Below, piece after piece: positions 49,634 to 59,078 of a DNA stretch of 64,000 nucleotides. This stretch comes from a bacterium (lineage in GTDB: Bacteria; Patescibacteriota; Minisyncoccia; Sungbacterales; HO2-52-23): the NCBI GenBank assembly GCA_030697705.1, contig JAUYPE010000017.1:5066-69065 (forward strand), written 5' to 3'. A model generated the notes under the pieces. That model was not told the origin of the DNA and did no database searches. It saw only the letters and a program-made list of their open reading frames with translations. How positions within the stretch are numbered: the stretch's first letter is position 1; each line of letters starts with the position of its first letter. The translations under genes and the position numbers were made by a program.

Positions 49634-49729
49634 CGTCATTCCGAGCATAGCGAGGAATCCCATAAGATACTGAACCACTGCAAGATCGCCTCCTCTTTAG
49701 ATTGTCATTCCCGCGAAGGCGGGAATCCA
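49634..49729 (+). repeat. Two CGTC/TGTC-tagged REP-like palindromes
   Basis: CGTCATTCCGAGCATAGCGAGGAATCCC (49634) and TGTCATTCCCGCGAAGGCGGGAATCCA (49703). Confidence 0.75.
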
Positions 49730-49741
49730 CCCTCCCCCATT

Positions 49742-51136
49742 ATGAAAAACAAAAAAGGGTTCATCCAACTACCCATCCTCATCGCAATCATTGCGAGTGT
49801 TTTAGTTTTGGGCGGTATTGGCTATTTTGAAATACGCCAATATACTAGCCATTCAACACAAGATAAAAAACAACCTACTTCCCAGGTCAGCAAAGCAACA
49901 ACTACGCCCGAGCTTTCGGAAGTTGAAAAATTGAGAAAAGAAGTTGATCAGCTTAAGAAGCAAAAATCTCCTGAATCTCAAATACAACCTACTATCGTAA
50001 AACAAAAAACAATAGACGCAACTCCAACAAAACAAGTAATCCTATCCAATGCCGACATTATTAAAAAAGTTAAGCCCGCAACTGTTTTTATAGAAACAGA
50101 AAAAGCGACTGGTAGCGGGATGATTATAGATTCAGACGGATATGTTTTGACCAACGCTCATGTGGTTCAAGGCGCATCTTCGGCTAAAATCAAACTTTCA
50201 GACAACCGATCGTTTTCCGCTTCGGTAGTCGGCAGAGATGAAGTTATTGACTTGGCAATTTTGAAAATCATCGGCAGTAATTTTTCTAAAGTAGAGCTCG
50301 GCAATTCTGATAGTGTGGCGCAAGGTGACAATGTTTTTGCCCTTGGCTATCCTTTTGGTCTTGAGGGAGATGTAAGTTTCAAGGAAGGCACCATTTCAAG
50401 AAAAATTGATAGCGAAGACACGACCTATTTTGAAACATCCGCGGAGATTCATCCAGGCAATAGCGGCGGTCCATTGGTTAATAAAGATGGTGAGGTTATT
50501 GGTATAAATACACTCATTATTGGGAAAAGCATCAATAATATTCTAATTGGAGAGACGATCAAGCTAGCCATACCCATTAATATTGCGAAAAGTATCCTTT
50601 CAGAATTGGAACATGGCAGGAGTATTATAATTTCTACAAAAAATACAGAACAAATTACACCCCCTGATACTCCCCACAAACCATTATTAAGTATAGAGCA
50701 GAGTGGTGCAGTTTCTTCTTTTATGAAGGATTGGAATGCTATCATTAGAACCATTAATGGAGGTGTAGACGCATTGGATAAGTCTCGAACAAGTTATTTT
50801 CTTGGAAACTACAATGATGCTCTAAATTATAGCCAAGATGAACAGGTATCCTTCACTTCAGCATACTATTCGGTCAAATCATTAGTACCTTCGGGTCTTC
50901 CTTTCTTTAATGTCATAAATGATGTGGTTCGTCTTAAGGTAGAAGAAATTCTGCACCTAAAAATATCCTCTGAGTATCGAAAAAGTGCAGTGCAGGCAAA
51001 ACTTGATGGCAACATATCAGGTGTATATGGCAGTTTTACTGAAGAGAGTAATCATATTACCAGCGCGTCACAAATAGGTACAGAATCGAAAAAAAAGTTT
51101 GACGCTTGGATTAATCAGGTAAATCAATATAGGTAA
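49742..51136 (+). CDS. Trypsin-like (HtrA-type, no PDZ) serine protease with a prepilin-like leader
   Basis: MKNKKG-FIQLPILIAII; TNAHVV, DLAILK, GNSGGPL; AT-rich. Confidence 0.9.
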   Translation: MKNKKGFIQLPILIAIIASVLVLGGIGYFEIRQYTSHSTQDKKQPTSQVSKATTTPELSEVEKLRKEVDQLKKQKSPESQIQPTIVKQKTIDATPTKQVILSNADIIKKVKPATVFIETEKATGSGMIIDSDGYVLTNAHVVQGASSAKIKLSDNRSFSASVVGRDEVIDLAILKIIGSNFSKVELGNSDSVAQGDNVFALGYPFGLEGDVSFKEGTISRKIDSEDTTYFETSAEIHPGNSGGPLVNKDGEVIGINTLIIGKSINNILIGETIKLAIPINIAKSILSELEHGRSIIISTKNTEQITPPDTPHKPLLSIEQSGAVSSFMKDWNAIIRTINGGVDALDKSRTSYFLGNYNDALNYSQDEQVSFTSAYYSVKSLVPSGLPFFNVINDVVRLKVEEILHLKISSEYRKSAVQAKLDGNISGVYGSFTEESNHITSASQIGTESKKKFDAWINQVNQYR

Positions 51137-51151
51137 GAGATCAAGTGTCAT

Positions 51152-51427
51152 ATGCATTTTTTAAAACAATTTTTTGAGAAAAAACATAAAAAAGATTTCG
51201 AACAAAAAGTTCTATTGCGTTATCAAGCACTAGCTGGCTTGGTTGGTAATGGCGGTGAAATGATAAATAGAGACAAGGAGAGTCGGGCTAGAGCATGGGT
51301 TCACGAACAAGAGAAACTTCTCGCCCCCAAAGAAGCATTTTGGAGTAGTCGCACCATACAAGCTGCATTTATCGGAGGAGTTTTTGTTTTACTCGCTACA
51401 ATTGTTACACTGTACTTATCAAAATAA
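51152..51427 (+). CDS. Small hypothetical protein with C-terminal TM
   Basis: 91-aa ORF 15 nt after the protease, followed by a hairpin. Confidence 0.6.
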   Translation: MHFLKQFFEKKHKKDFEQKVLLRYQALAGLVGNGGEMINRDKESRARAWVHEQEKLLAPKEAFWSSRTIQAAFIGGVFVLLATIVTLYLSK

Positions 51428-51611
51428 TGATCTGCGAGAACTCTTAGCTTATGAAAAGAAAAGACCCCATGAGGACGGGACATCATAGGGTGATCTTTTC
51501 CGTTGGTGATGCCTCCATACTAGCAGAATAGGACGGTATGTCAAGGCATCCTTATCCTCAAGAGGATATCACCACAAGGGGGACAATGTCAGAGCTTATC
51601 CACATCATACT

Positions 51612-52634
51612 ATGCAAAAACCAACACTTTTGAGCGGGATTCAGCCATCGGGTGTCATCCATATCGGGAATTATTTGGGTGCAATAAAACAGTGGGTAGA
51701 GTTGCAAAAGACGCATCATGTTTTTGCCATGATCGCGGACTTGCACGCCATCACCATTCCGCAAGAGCCGGAGAAGCTACGGGAAAACACGCTCCGCATG
51801 GTAAAACTTTTGGTCGCGTGCGGCATCTCCGCCAAAGGCGGATCCGTCTCCGACGGAAATCCTGATGAGTCCGTCTTATTCGTCCAGTCCCATGTTCCCG
51901 CACATACGGAATTGGGCTGGATTTTGAATACCATTACGCCCCTCGGCGAATTGGAGAGAATGACGCAGTTCAAAGAAAAACAGGAGAAATCCGGACTCTA
52001 TGCTGGACTCTTGAACTATCCCACCCTCATGGCGGCGGATATTCTTTTGTATCAGACGGAGGTTGTGCCTGTCGGAGAGGATCAGGAACAGCATCTAGAA
52101 CTCACGCGCACGCTTGCCAATAAATTCAACAATCGTTTTGGCGAGACATTTATAGTTCCCAAAGCGCTTATCCAAAAAGATACGGCGCGGATTATGGGGC
52201 TGGATGATTCGTCCAAAAAAATGTCCAAGTCGGCGACAAGCGCGAATAATTATATTTCATTATTAGACGAACCGGACGAGATTCGGCGCAAGATAAAAAT
52301 CGCCGTTACGGATTCTGACGGTACCGTTCGCTACGACGAGGAGCACAAAACCGGCATCGCCAATCTCATGCGCATTTACCGTGCGTTTTCAGATAAGCCG
52401 CTTGAGGAAATTGAAAATAAATACGCTGGCAAGGGTTATGCGAATTTCAAGAGCGGTCTTGCGGATCTCTTAATTGAAAAACTAGAACCGATTCAGAAAA
52501 AATATGAGGAGCTGACTAAAGACGAGAGTGGCATTATGGACATCCTCATGGCAGGCGCAAAACATGCCAATAGCGTAGCCGAGTCATCTCTGGCAACGGC
52601 AAAAAAGAATGTTGGCTTTCTTGCGCGAGAATAA
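51612..52634 (+). CDS. trpS: Tryptophan-tRNA ligase (carries a 10-aa palindromic insert)
   Basis: SGIQPSG..HIGNYLG, ADLHAIT, YP.LMAADIL, VPVGEDQ, KMSKS. Confidence 0.97.
   Translation: MQKPTLLSGIQPSGVIHIGNYLGAIKQWVELQKTHHVFAMIADLHAITIPQEPEKLRENTLRMVKLLVACGISAKGGSVSDGNPDESVLFVQSHVPAHTELGWILNTITPLGELERMTQFKEKQEKSGLYAGLLNYPTLMAADILLYQTEVVPVGEDQEQHLELTRTLANKFNNRFGETFIVPKALIQKDTARIMGLDDSSKKMSKSATSANNYISLLDEPDEIRRKIKIAVTDSDGTVRYDEEHKTGIANLMRIYRAFSDKPLEEIENKYAGKGYANFKSGLADLLIEKLEPIQKKYEELTKDESGIMDILMAGAKHANSVAESSLATAKKNVGFLARE
51828..51857 (-). mobile_element. 30-bp twin-hairpin element inserted in-frame in trpS
   Basis: TCCGCC-AAA-GGCGGA TCCGTC-TCC-GACGGA, encoding SAKGGSVSDG; removal restores ACGI-NP. 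Confidence 0.85.
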
Positions 52635-52644
52635 GCACCAAAAA

Positions 52645-52717
52645 CGCTCCCATCGGGATTCGAACCCGAGTTTCATGGATGAGAACCATGTGTCCTAGGC
52701 CTCTGGACGATGGGAGC
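52645..52717 (-). tRNA. tRNA-Glu(CUC)
   Basis: GCTCCCA/TGGGAGC acceptor; CATGG-TTCTCAT-CCATG anticodon arm; GTTCGAATC T loop. Confidence 0.93.
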
Positions 52718-52780
52718 ATCGGTCAGAATATAGCATTATTTTTCATATATCACAACCGCGCGCACTTCCCGCCATCAAGA

Positions 52781-54064
52781 TTATTTCCAATAGGCATCCT
52801 GCCTGACTAAGTATTTTGATGCGTCTTCGGGATGCGCCATTATTTTTTTCACAATACGCTCCATACGCATACCTTGACTTCCTTTCACCAAGATTAAATC
52901 GCCGGGCTGAATGTGCGATACGATTTCTTCTGCCGCAGATATGGCATCAGAAAATATATATACCTGTTTACCTATCACGTGCACCTCCTCGGCAATTATT
53001 TTTGAATGAGAGCCAATCGCTATAAGAACATCAGTGGACTCTCTCACCAGCCGGCCGATCGCGCGATGAGCTTCTTCGGCGTACTCGCCCAATTCAAGCA
53101 TATCGCCAAGAATTGCGATCCTGCGTTTTGCTGGTAACCCTGTGAGCGTGGTGAGCGCCGCGCGCATCGCCTCCGGTGCGGCATTGTACGTATCGTCAAG
53201 GATAAGCGTATCGTGAATACCCTCTAGTAGACGCATCCTCCCTGTTGGAGGTTTGTATTCATGCAGTGCAGCAACGCTCTCATGGAGATTAATATCCATC
53301 ACCCCACCAACAGCCACCGCTGCAGCAATCGCGTACATCTGCGGCTCACCAAAGATACTGTCAAGCCGCACCGTGGTTAAAATGCCATCATAAACGAGCT
53401 GAAATGACATTCCCTTGGGCACTCCCTTTCGTTCTCCTTTACGTATTAAGTCAATGGAATATTCTTCCGCGCGCACATCGGATTCAGGATTCTTCCCAAA
53501 AGTCAGTATGCGAGCTTTTGTTTTTTGGCACATCGCACGCACTACCTCATCATCGGCATTGAGAATGGCTGTTCCGTCCGCGGGAAGTGCCGTAATGAGT
53601 TTCTCCTTTTCTTCCGCAACTGCCGCGGGACTCGCAAAAAACTCAATATGAACTGGCGTCTTACCAATTGCCGTCACTACTGCTATTTTCGGTTTCGCAA
53701 TTCCGAGCAGAATATCCATATCGCCCGGACGGTCAATGCCATACTCAAGAATCAAAACTTCGGGATATTTCACGCGCCAAAGATATATCCGCCCAAATGC
53801 GATTTTAAGCCACCACACCCATTTAAAAATATTTTGCCCACAATGCGAAATTCCTAAGATCGTGAGTGGCAGACCGATTTCATTATTAAAATTCTTCTCT
53901 GGCTGACGGATGCGATATTTTTTTGCCAATATGCAGGCAATCGCCTCGCGCGTGGACGTCTTCCCCACCGATCCTGTCACGCCGATAATAACCGGCTTGT
54001 ACCGCCGGATCGTTGCTCGCGCCAGTTTTACGAGTATTTGTTGGAGTATTGATTTTTTTAGCAT
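52781..54064 (-). CDS. murF: UDP-MurNAc-tripeptide:D-Ala-D-Ala ligase
   Basis: TGSVGKTST, NFNNEIGLPLT, DDTYNA.P, LGDMLELG, LVKGS. Confidence 0.95.
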   Translation of the reverse strand: MLKKSILQQILVKLARATIRRYKPVIIGVTGSVGKTSTREAIACILAKKYRIRQPEKNFNNEIGLPLTILGISHCGQNIFKWVWWLKIAFGRIYLWRVKYPEVLILEYGIDRPGDMDILLGIAKPKIAVVTAIGKTPVHIEFFASPAAVAEEKEKLITALPADGTAILNADDEVVRAMCQKTKARILTFGKNPESDVRAEEYSIDLIRKGERKGVPKGMSFQLVYDGILTTVRLDSIFGEPQMYAIAAAVAVGGVMDINLHESVAALHEYKPPTGRMRLLEGIHDTLILDDTYNAAPEAMRAALTTLTGLPAKRRIAILGDMLELGEYAEEAHRAIGRLVRESTDVLIAIGSHSKIIAEEVHVIGKQVYIFSDAISAAEEIVSHIQPGDLILVKGSQGMRMERIVKKIMAHPEDASKYLVRQDAYWK

Positions 54065-54423
54065 AACACGATAGTATTAGTGAACCACTCGCTGGTCTGC
54101 TTCTACATTTTGGGAGAAGTAGGCGCAGAAGAGCTTTTCAGAAGTATTATAGACGCTTCCCATCAGCAAGGTAAATATTCTGTCAGCTGATAATTTCTAG
54201 TTATGTTCTCGGCTTCTCGCCAAGCCCTTCACACGGCTTGGCAATTTTTTTATTATTATTTTCTTCTTCCCTGCTCCCATTATGCTCCGGCGAGGAATTT
54301 GTCGGTTTGGGACAATAGGAGGCACTGTTTGCATGGTTCCGCCTTTGGCGGAAAACAGTGCCGACTCTTAGTATATTTTGTCCAGCGACAAAATATACGT
54401 GTCCCAAACCGACAAATGCCGAG

Positions 54424-56151
54424 CTACTTTTCATCCGGAGGAATCTCGTAATAATTCAGCATGTATTCCGCCAAGTCGTGAAATGCCGGTGTAAGTGTGT
54501 TGGCGGCAAAACGGTTGCCCTTGGGATTGTTGAGCTGAAGTAAAACCAAAAACTTTGGATGAAACGCCGGCGCATATCCCACGAACGTGTGCGTTACCTT
54601 GTCCGAATAGCCGCGACTGGCAGGGTTGGGGATTTGTGCCGTACCGGTCTTGCCCGCCACAAAATATCCCTTGACGCCGGCATGATTTTCAAAGCCGTTG
54701 TGCACGACGGATACGAGCATCTTTGTCAATGTTTCAGCCGTCTCTTTCCGTATAACCTCGCGTATCACTACGGGGGTTTTCTTCGTCTCATTCCCCGCGT
54801 CATCAATAATACGGTCAATGACATAGGGACGCATAAGTTTTCCTCCGTTGGCAATCACACCTACGGCCGCCGCGAGTTGCATGGGCGTTACGGAAATCCC
54901 CTGCCCAAATGCGGCAGTTGCAAAATCAATATCCCTCCCAGCATTAAGATTGGCAATATTGCCCGCCACCTCACCCGGCGTATCTACACCCGCAGGCGTG
55001 CCAAGACCGAAGCGCTCAAGAATATCTTTTTGCTGGTCGTGCCCCATCATCCGCGCAATGTGCACCATACCCGTATTGAGCGACTTCTCCAAAACTTGCG
55101 TCATGGTTTGAAGGCCATACGCATTGCCGTCAAAATTTTTGATACGGTAACCGCCAATTTTGACCTCGCCTGTATCGGTATAAGTACTCGCTGGTGTTAT
55201 GATATTCGCATCAAGCGCCCCCGCCATCGTGAGGGGCTTTAACACCGAGCCCAACTCATAGACCGATTGTGTCAAGGGATTTAGAAAAACGGAAAGATCT
55301 TTTTCCTTGCCGAAGTCATTCGGATCAAATGACGGATCCCCCGCCATTGCCAAAATCCGGCCCGTCGCCGGCTCCAGCACCAGCACACCACCCGAATCGG
55401 CGCTCCATTTTTCTTTTGCCGCGCGTAAAACTTCTTCGCTTTTCATTTCAACATTATCATCAATCGTAAGAACAACATCGGAGCCATTTTTTTGCGGATG
55501 AAGAATGCGCCGCCCAAGCGCAACCAAGAAGCCCCCTGAATTCTGCGTACCTTCAGCGACACCCCGCTCACCTTTTAAATCTACATCGGAAAACCGTTCT
55601 ATACCGTAGCGCCCGACCTCTTCATTGCTTTCTTTGCTCACAAATCCGACCGCCTGGGCGGCACGCGTACCGTGAGGATAAATGCGCCGCCGCTCCTCTT
55701 CAAAACTCAAACCGGCAATGTTTTTTTTCGTGAATTCCTCCGCACGATCAGTATCCACTCTTTTCAGTAAAATCTCATAACCGTCTTCCGGATTCCCCAG
55801 TTTGCGCCGTATCATCTCACGATCAACGCCAAAAAAATCGGCAACCACTCCGGCCGCATCATCAGGATCGGCGATGAGCTTGGGTGAGGCGATAAGATTT
55901 TTATAGACCTTGTTGAGCGCAAGCGGGATAAGCGCGCCATTTCTATCCTGGGCATAGATGCCGCCCCGTTCCGGATCGGCCGCTTGAACCGTCTGATGCT
56001 GACCCGCCGCCGCTTTTGCATACGTGCGATGATTGACAATCTGCAAAACAAAAAGCCGCGCGGCAAGTGCCGTGAGCGCCAAGAAAAAAAAGAGCAGGAT
56101 AAGCTTTATCCGTGCTCCGATCTCATCTTCTGATTTCCTTTTTTTCTTCAT
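54424..56151 (-). CDS. ftsI: Class B penicillin-binding protein FtsI
   Basis: ERGGIY..DRNG, R.YP, SVLK (SxxK), SLN, KTGTAQ; in the dcw cluster. Confidence 0.92.
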   Translation of the reverse strand: MKKKRKSEDEIGARIKLILLFFFLALTALAARLFVLQIVNHRTYAKAAAGQHQTVQAADPERGGIYAQDRNGALIPLALNKVYKNLIASPKLIADPDDAAGVVADFFGVDREMIRRKLGNPEDGYEILLKRVDTDRAEEFTKKNIAGLSFEEERRRIYPHGTRAAQAVGFVSKESNEEVGRYGIERFSDVDLKGERGVAEGTQNSGGFLVALGRRILHPQKNGSDVVLTIDDNVEMKSEEVLRAAKEKWSADSGGVLVLEPATGRILAMAGDPSFDPNDFGKEKDLSVFLNPLTQSVYELGSVLKPLTMAGALDANIITPASTYTDTGEVKIGGYRIKNFDGNAYGLQTMTQVLEKSLNTGMVHIARMMGHDQQKDILERFGLGTPAGVDTPGEVAGNIANLNAGRDIDFATAAFGQGISVTPMQLAAAVGVIANGGKLMRPYVIDRIIDDAGNETKKTPVVIREVIRKETAETLTKMLVSVVHNGFENHAGVKGYFVAGKTGTAQIPNPASRGYSDKVTHTFVGYAPAFHPKFLVLLQLNNPKGNRFAANTLTPAFHDLAEYMLNYYEIPPDEK

Positions 56152-56230
56152 ACCGGAAAGCGGTCCGGACAGCCTGCTTACTGCCGGAGATCAAGAGAAT
56201 CGTACCATAACGTATCTCATACCGCCATTA

Positions 56231-56620
56231 TCAGGGACGCGAGGCGGCGCGCGCCATGGCAACATTTTCCGGTTGCAGATAGGTGATGACTGATATCTTC
56301 TCCATCGTGGAGAAGATATCAGCGTGGTCAATGGCAACCGCTCCTTTCTTCGCCTGAAGCTCCAACTCCACGCGCAGGGTCTGGCGCGTAAGCTCTTCCG
56401 CAATGCGACCTTGCCGCTGAAGCGCCAAGTCCATGCTGAATGTCTGATAGAGCATGACGAGATACACACCCGTAAGCGCCACGACCGCAAGGCCAAGCAG
56501 CCACTCAAACGCCCCTATGGATACACCGTGATGCACCTTAACTCGCCCACCTCCAGCACCACGATCTGCTATACGGGTGGAAGCATTATGATATCCGGAA
56601 GAAGTAAGTATGACACTCAT
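56231..56620 (-). CDS. FtsL-like cell division protein
   Basis: TM plus coiled coil, located between rsmH and ftsI. Confidence 0.6.
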   Translation of the reverse strand: MSVILTSSGYHNASTRIADRGAGGGRVKVHHGVSIGAFEWLLGLAVVALTGVYLVMLYQTFSMDLALQRQGRIAEELTRQTLRVELELQAKKGAVAIDHADIFSTMEKISVITYLQPENVAMARAASRP

Positions 56621-56682
56621 GAAATTGATTAAAAAATGAGATTACCTAATAGACCTACTGCGTAATAACCTTTCTACTGCAT

Positions 56683-56800
56683 TTATGCTTTTTCGGCTGC
56701 AAACAACTCACCGCTCGTCCACAAGGGATATTAGAGCTTATCAATGAATACGCTGTATTCACCTCCTCGCACTTCATTGTTTTCGCACGAAAAAGCATAA
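56683..56800. repeat. 118-bp element with 13-bp perfect terminal inverted repeats
   Basis: TTATGCTTTTTCG ... CGAAAAAGCATAA. Confidence 0.55.
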
Positions 56801-56817
56801 GTTCGTAACGAAAATTA

Positions 56818-57732
56818 TTACGCAGTAGGTCTAATGAACCGACCGCCACGCAATTTTGCAGAACGCGCCCTCCGGTTTCGCCGTACCTCCCCACATTCCG
56901 CCGTCAAAGGCTTCCTGGTTATGATTTCAAAAATACCTTCCCATGCTTTTTGTTTGAAAAAATTCTTCACCAAGCGGTCTTCCAACGAATGAAAAGAAAT
57001 AATTGCTAGCCGTCCTCCGGGCGCCAAAAGGTCAGAAACTTCCGAGAGAAACCGATCGAGACATCCCAGCTCGTCATTAACCGCGATCCGCAATGCCTGA
57101 AACGTACGCGTCGCCGGATGAATTTTTCCCTGTTGGAATCTCCGTGGTACACCCTGTCGTATCGCGGCGACAAGCATACCCGTCGTCATAATCCGTATAT
57201 GCTTCCGTGCCGCCACAATCGCCTGTGCAATACCTCGCGCGAATCGTTCCTCCCCGTAATCGCGAATCATTCGCTCCAATTCATCTTGTCTCCGATTGTT
57301 AATGATATCCGCCGCTGTCTCTCCCCCTCCCTGCCGGTCATATCGCATATCCAGAGGTTCGTTTTTTTGAAAAGAAAATCCACGTCCCGCCTCGTCCACA
57401 TGCCAAGAACTGAAACCGAGGTCGAGTAAAATACCGTCAACGCGCCGTATGCCGCAACGCTCCAGAATACCCCAACTGTCCGCGTAATTTCCCGCTACGA
57501 CCGTCACATTCGCCATTTTTTCTTTTTTGATGCGCTCCGCAAACTTCTCCATCACCTCACTGTCGCGTTCAATCGCAATAACTCTTCCACCGGACCCGAC
57601 ACGCCCGCGCAACGCCAATGTATGTCCGCCGCCGTTTGCCGTACCGTCCAGCATGACTTCGCCGGGCTTCGGATCCAACAGCGTAAGCACACTTTCCAGC
57701 AACACAGGCGTATGCATTAATTCGCCGGTCAT
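56818..57732 (-). CDS. rsmH: 16S rRNA m4C1402 methyltransferase
   Basis: HTPVLL, DLGFSS, RGFSF..PLDMR, HPATRTFQALRIAVN, SFHSLEDR, RSAKLR. Confidence 0.97.
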   Translation of the reverse strand: MTGELMHTPVLLESVLTLLDPKPGEVMLDGTANGGGHTLALRGRVGSGGRVIAIERDSEVMEKFAERIKKEKMANVTVVAGNYADSWGILERCGIRRVDGILLDLGFSSWHVDEAGRGFSFQKNEPLDMRYDRQGGGETAADIINNRRQDELERMIRDYGEERFARGIAQAIVAARKHIRIMTTGMLVAAIRQGVPRRFQQGKIHPATRTFQALRIAVNDELGCLDRFLSEVSDLLAPGGRLAIISFHSLEDRLVKNFFKQKAWEGIFEIITRKPLTAECGEVRRNRRARSAKLRGGRFIRPTA

Positions 57733-57733
57733 A

Positions 57734-58168
57734 TCAATAAAGACCTAACTGTCCCAGCTTCTCGGCGATCATATCGGTATTTTTTTCAACCTCGTTTTTA
57801 TAACTGTTCCATCGCGCCTCTTCCCAGATTTCCAGCCGATCATAAACACCCGTGATAACCACCCGCTGATGAAGCCCCGCGTACTGCTTCAGGTAATCGG
57901 GCACCAGAATCCTGCCCAATTGATCAAGCTCCACCTCTGCGGCACCGGAAAAAAGCAGGCGCAAAAAACTCCGCGTGTCTCCCTGCCCCATCGGCAGATT
58001 GCTTAACTTCTCCGTCAGCTTTTGCCACTCGGTAAGCGGATAGACGAAGAGACAATTGTTTAAACCCCGCGTCACAATTACTCGATCGCCCAGCTCCTTA
58101 CGCAATTTTGCTGGCACAGCAAGACGCTTTTTTGGATCGATCGTATGCGTGTACTCGCCGATAAGCAT
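57734..58168 (-). CDS. mraZ: Division/cell wall cluster regulator MraZ
   Basis: GEYTHTIDPKKRLAVP, DQLGRILVP, RLEIW. Confidence 0.97.
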   Translation of the reverse strand: MLIGEYTHTIDPKKRLAVPAKLRKELGDRVIVTRGLNNCLFVYPLTEWQKLTEKLSNLPMGQGDTRSFLRLLFSGAAEVELDQLGRILVPDYLKQYAGLHQRVVITGVYDRLEIWEEARWNSYKNEVEKNTDMIAEKLGQLGLY

Positions 58169-58222
58169 AAAATGAGAAAGATTTAGAATCGGAAAGCGGG
58201 AGTTATACCCAAAATCATTTAC

Positions 58223-58285
58223 TTATCCACAGAATCATCCACAATTCGCCACTTCCCTTATCCATTTCCCTACTTTATTCCACTT
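58223..58285 (-). promoter_or_regulatory. Candidate MraZ-binding direct repeats plus a DnaA box
   Basis: Several GTGG/ATGG/GTAG units at ~10-13-nt spacing upstream of mraZ; TTATCCACA at 58223. Confidence 0.55.
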
Positions 58286-58414
58286 ATGATCATTATGCAA
58301 GTTTTTCGAGTCATTCTTTGAAAAAATAAAAAACGGCTTATATAAGCCGTTAGATTTGTTGAAGCGTGCGATAATGCACAGCTTATCTACAGTTTATCAG
58401 TTTCCACCATTCTT

Positions 58415-59062
58415 CTAAAATACCTCTATGCGCCCCCCGTCCTTTACCAAAGGAACTCGGCGCAAACAATACGGACACTGATCCTTATTCCACTCATTGT
58501 CGGCGAGAGGATAATCGGCAAGCGAAAATTTAAACCTTCCGCTTGCAGGTTTCTCCAAAGCCATGAGCGGCATCGCCCCCCTATTGATTACAGCCATTTC
58601 GCCGACGACATAAGCGCCTTGCCACAAACAAACCTCGTAAAGCGCGTTGAGCGTCTTGCCCGTGGTGTGGATATCATCAACAATGAGCACCGCGTTTGAT
58701 GACCCCAGTGTGAACCGGTTCAACGCATAACCTTCTCCGCTTTTTTCCGCATATGCCAGATCGGGAGGAATCTTATGCATACGCAAAAAGGCGTATTGCA
58801 GTGCGACACCCAAAGGAATCGCGCCAATAGCCGCAGTGAGGATGGTGTTAAAATTGCCGGCAAGTCCCAGCCGATCAATCTCTTCAAACGCCACACCGGC
58901 AATCGCATGCCCAACCGTAAAGTTCCCAAACGCGCGGGAAAGCTGAATATGTATTCTGCTATGCAACCCGCTCGCCAAGAGATAATGCTCACCCGTCTCC
59001 TCCGCATCCAAAATAGTATCCGCCCATCGGCAAAAATCTATCAACTCCTGCCCTTTCCGCAT
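58415..59062 (-). CDS. Type I phosphoribosyltransferase, orotate PRT (PyrE)-like
   Basis: HYLLASGLHS, AEK, VLIVDDIHTTG, C-terminal CPYC. Confidence 0.8.
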   Translation of the reverse strand: MRKGQELIDFCRWADTILDAEETGEHYLLASGLHSRIHIQLSRAFGNFTVGHAIAGVAFEEIDRLGLAGNFNTILTAAIGAIPLGVALQYAFLRMHKIPPDLAYAEKSGEGYALNRFTLGSSNAVLIVDDIHTTGKTLNALYEVCLWQGAYVVGEMAVINRGAMPLMALEKPASGRFKFSLADYPLADNEWNKDQCPYCLRRVPLVKDGGRIEVF

Positions 59063-59078
59063 AGCTTCTCCTTCTTCC

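Noticed and set aside
49529-49741. 71-aa N-terminal extension of the protease
   Set aside because: It is translated REP sequence (RHSEHSEES, CHSREGGNP); the likely start is ATG 49742.
54201-54451. Small ORFs between ftsI and murF
   Set aside because: No motif support; the region holds a lone 15-nt hairpin element and is probably non-coding or decayed.
58200-58300. Replication origin
   Set aside because: Only one perfect DnaA box; the GTGG repeats fit MraZ autoregulation, and dnaA/dnaN are not nearby.
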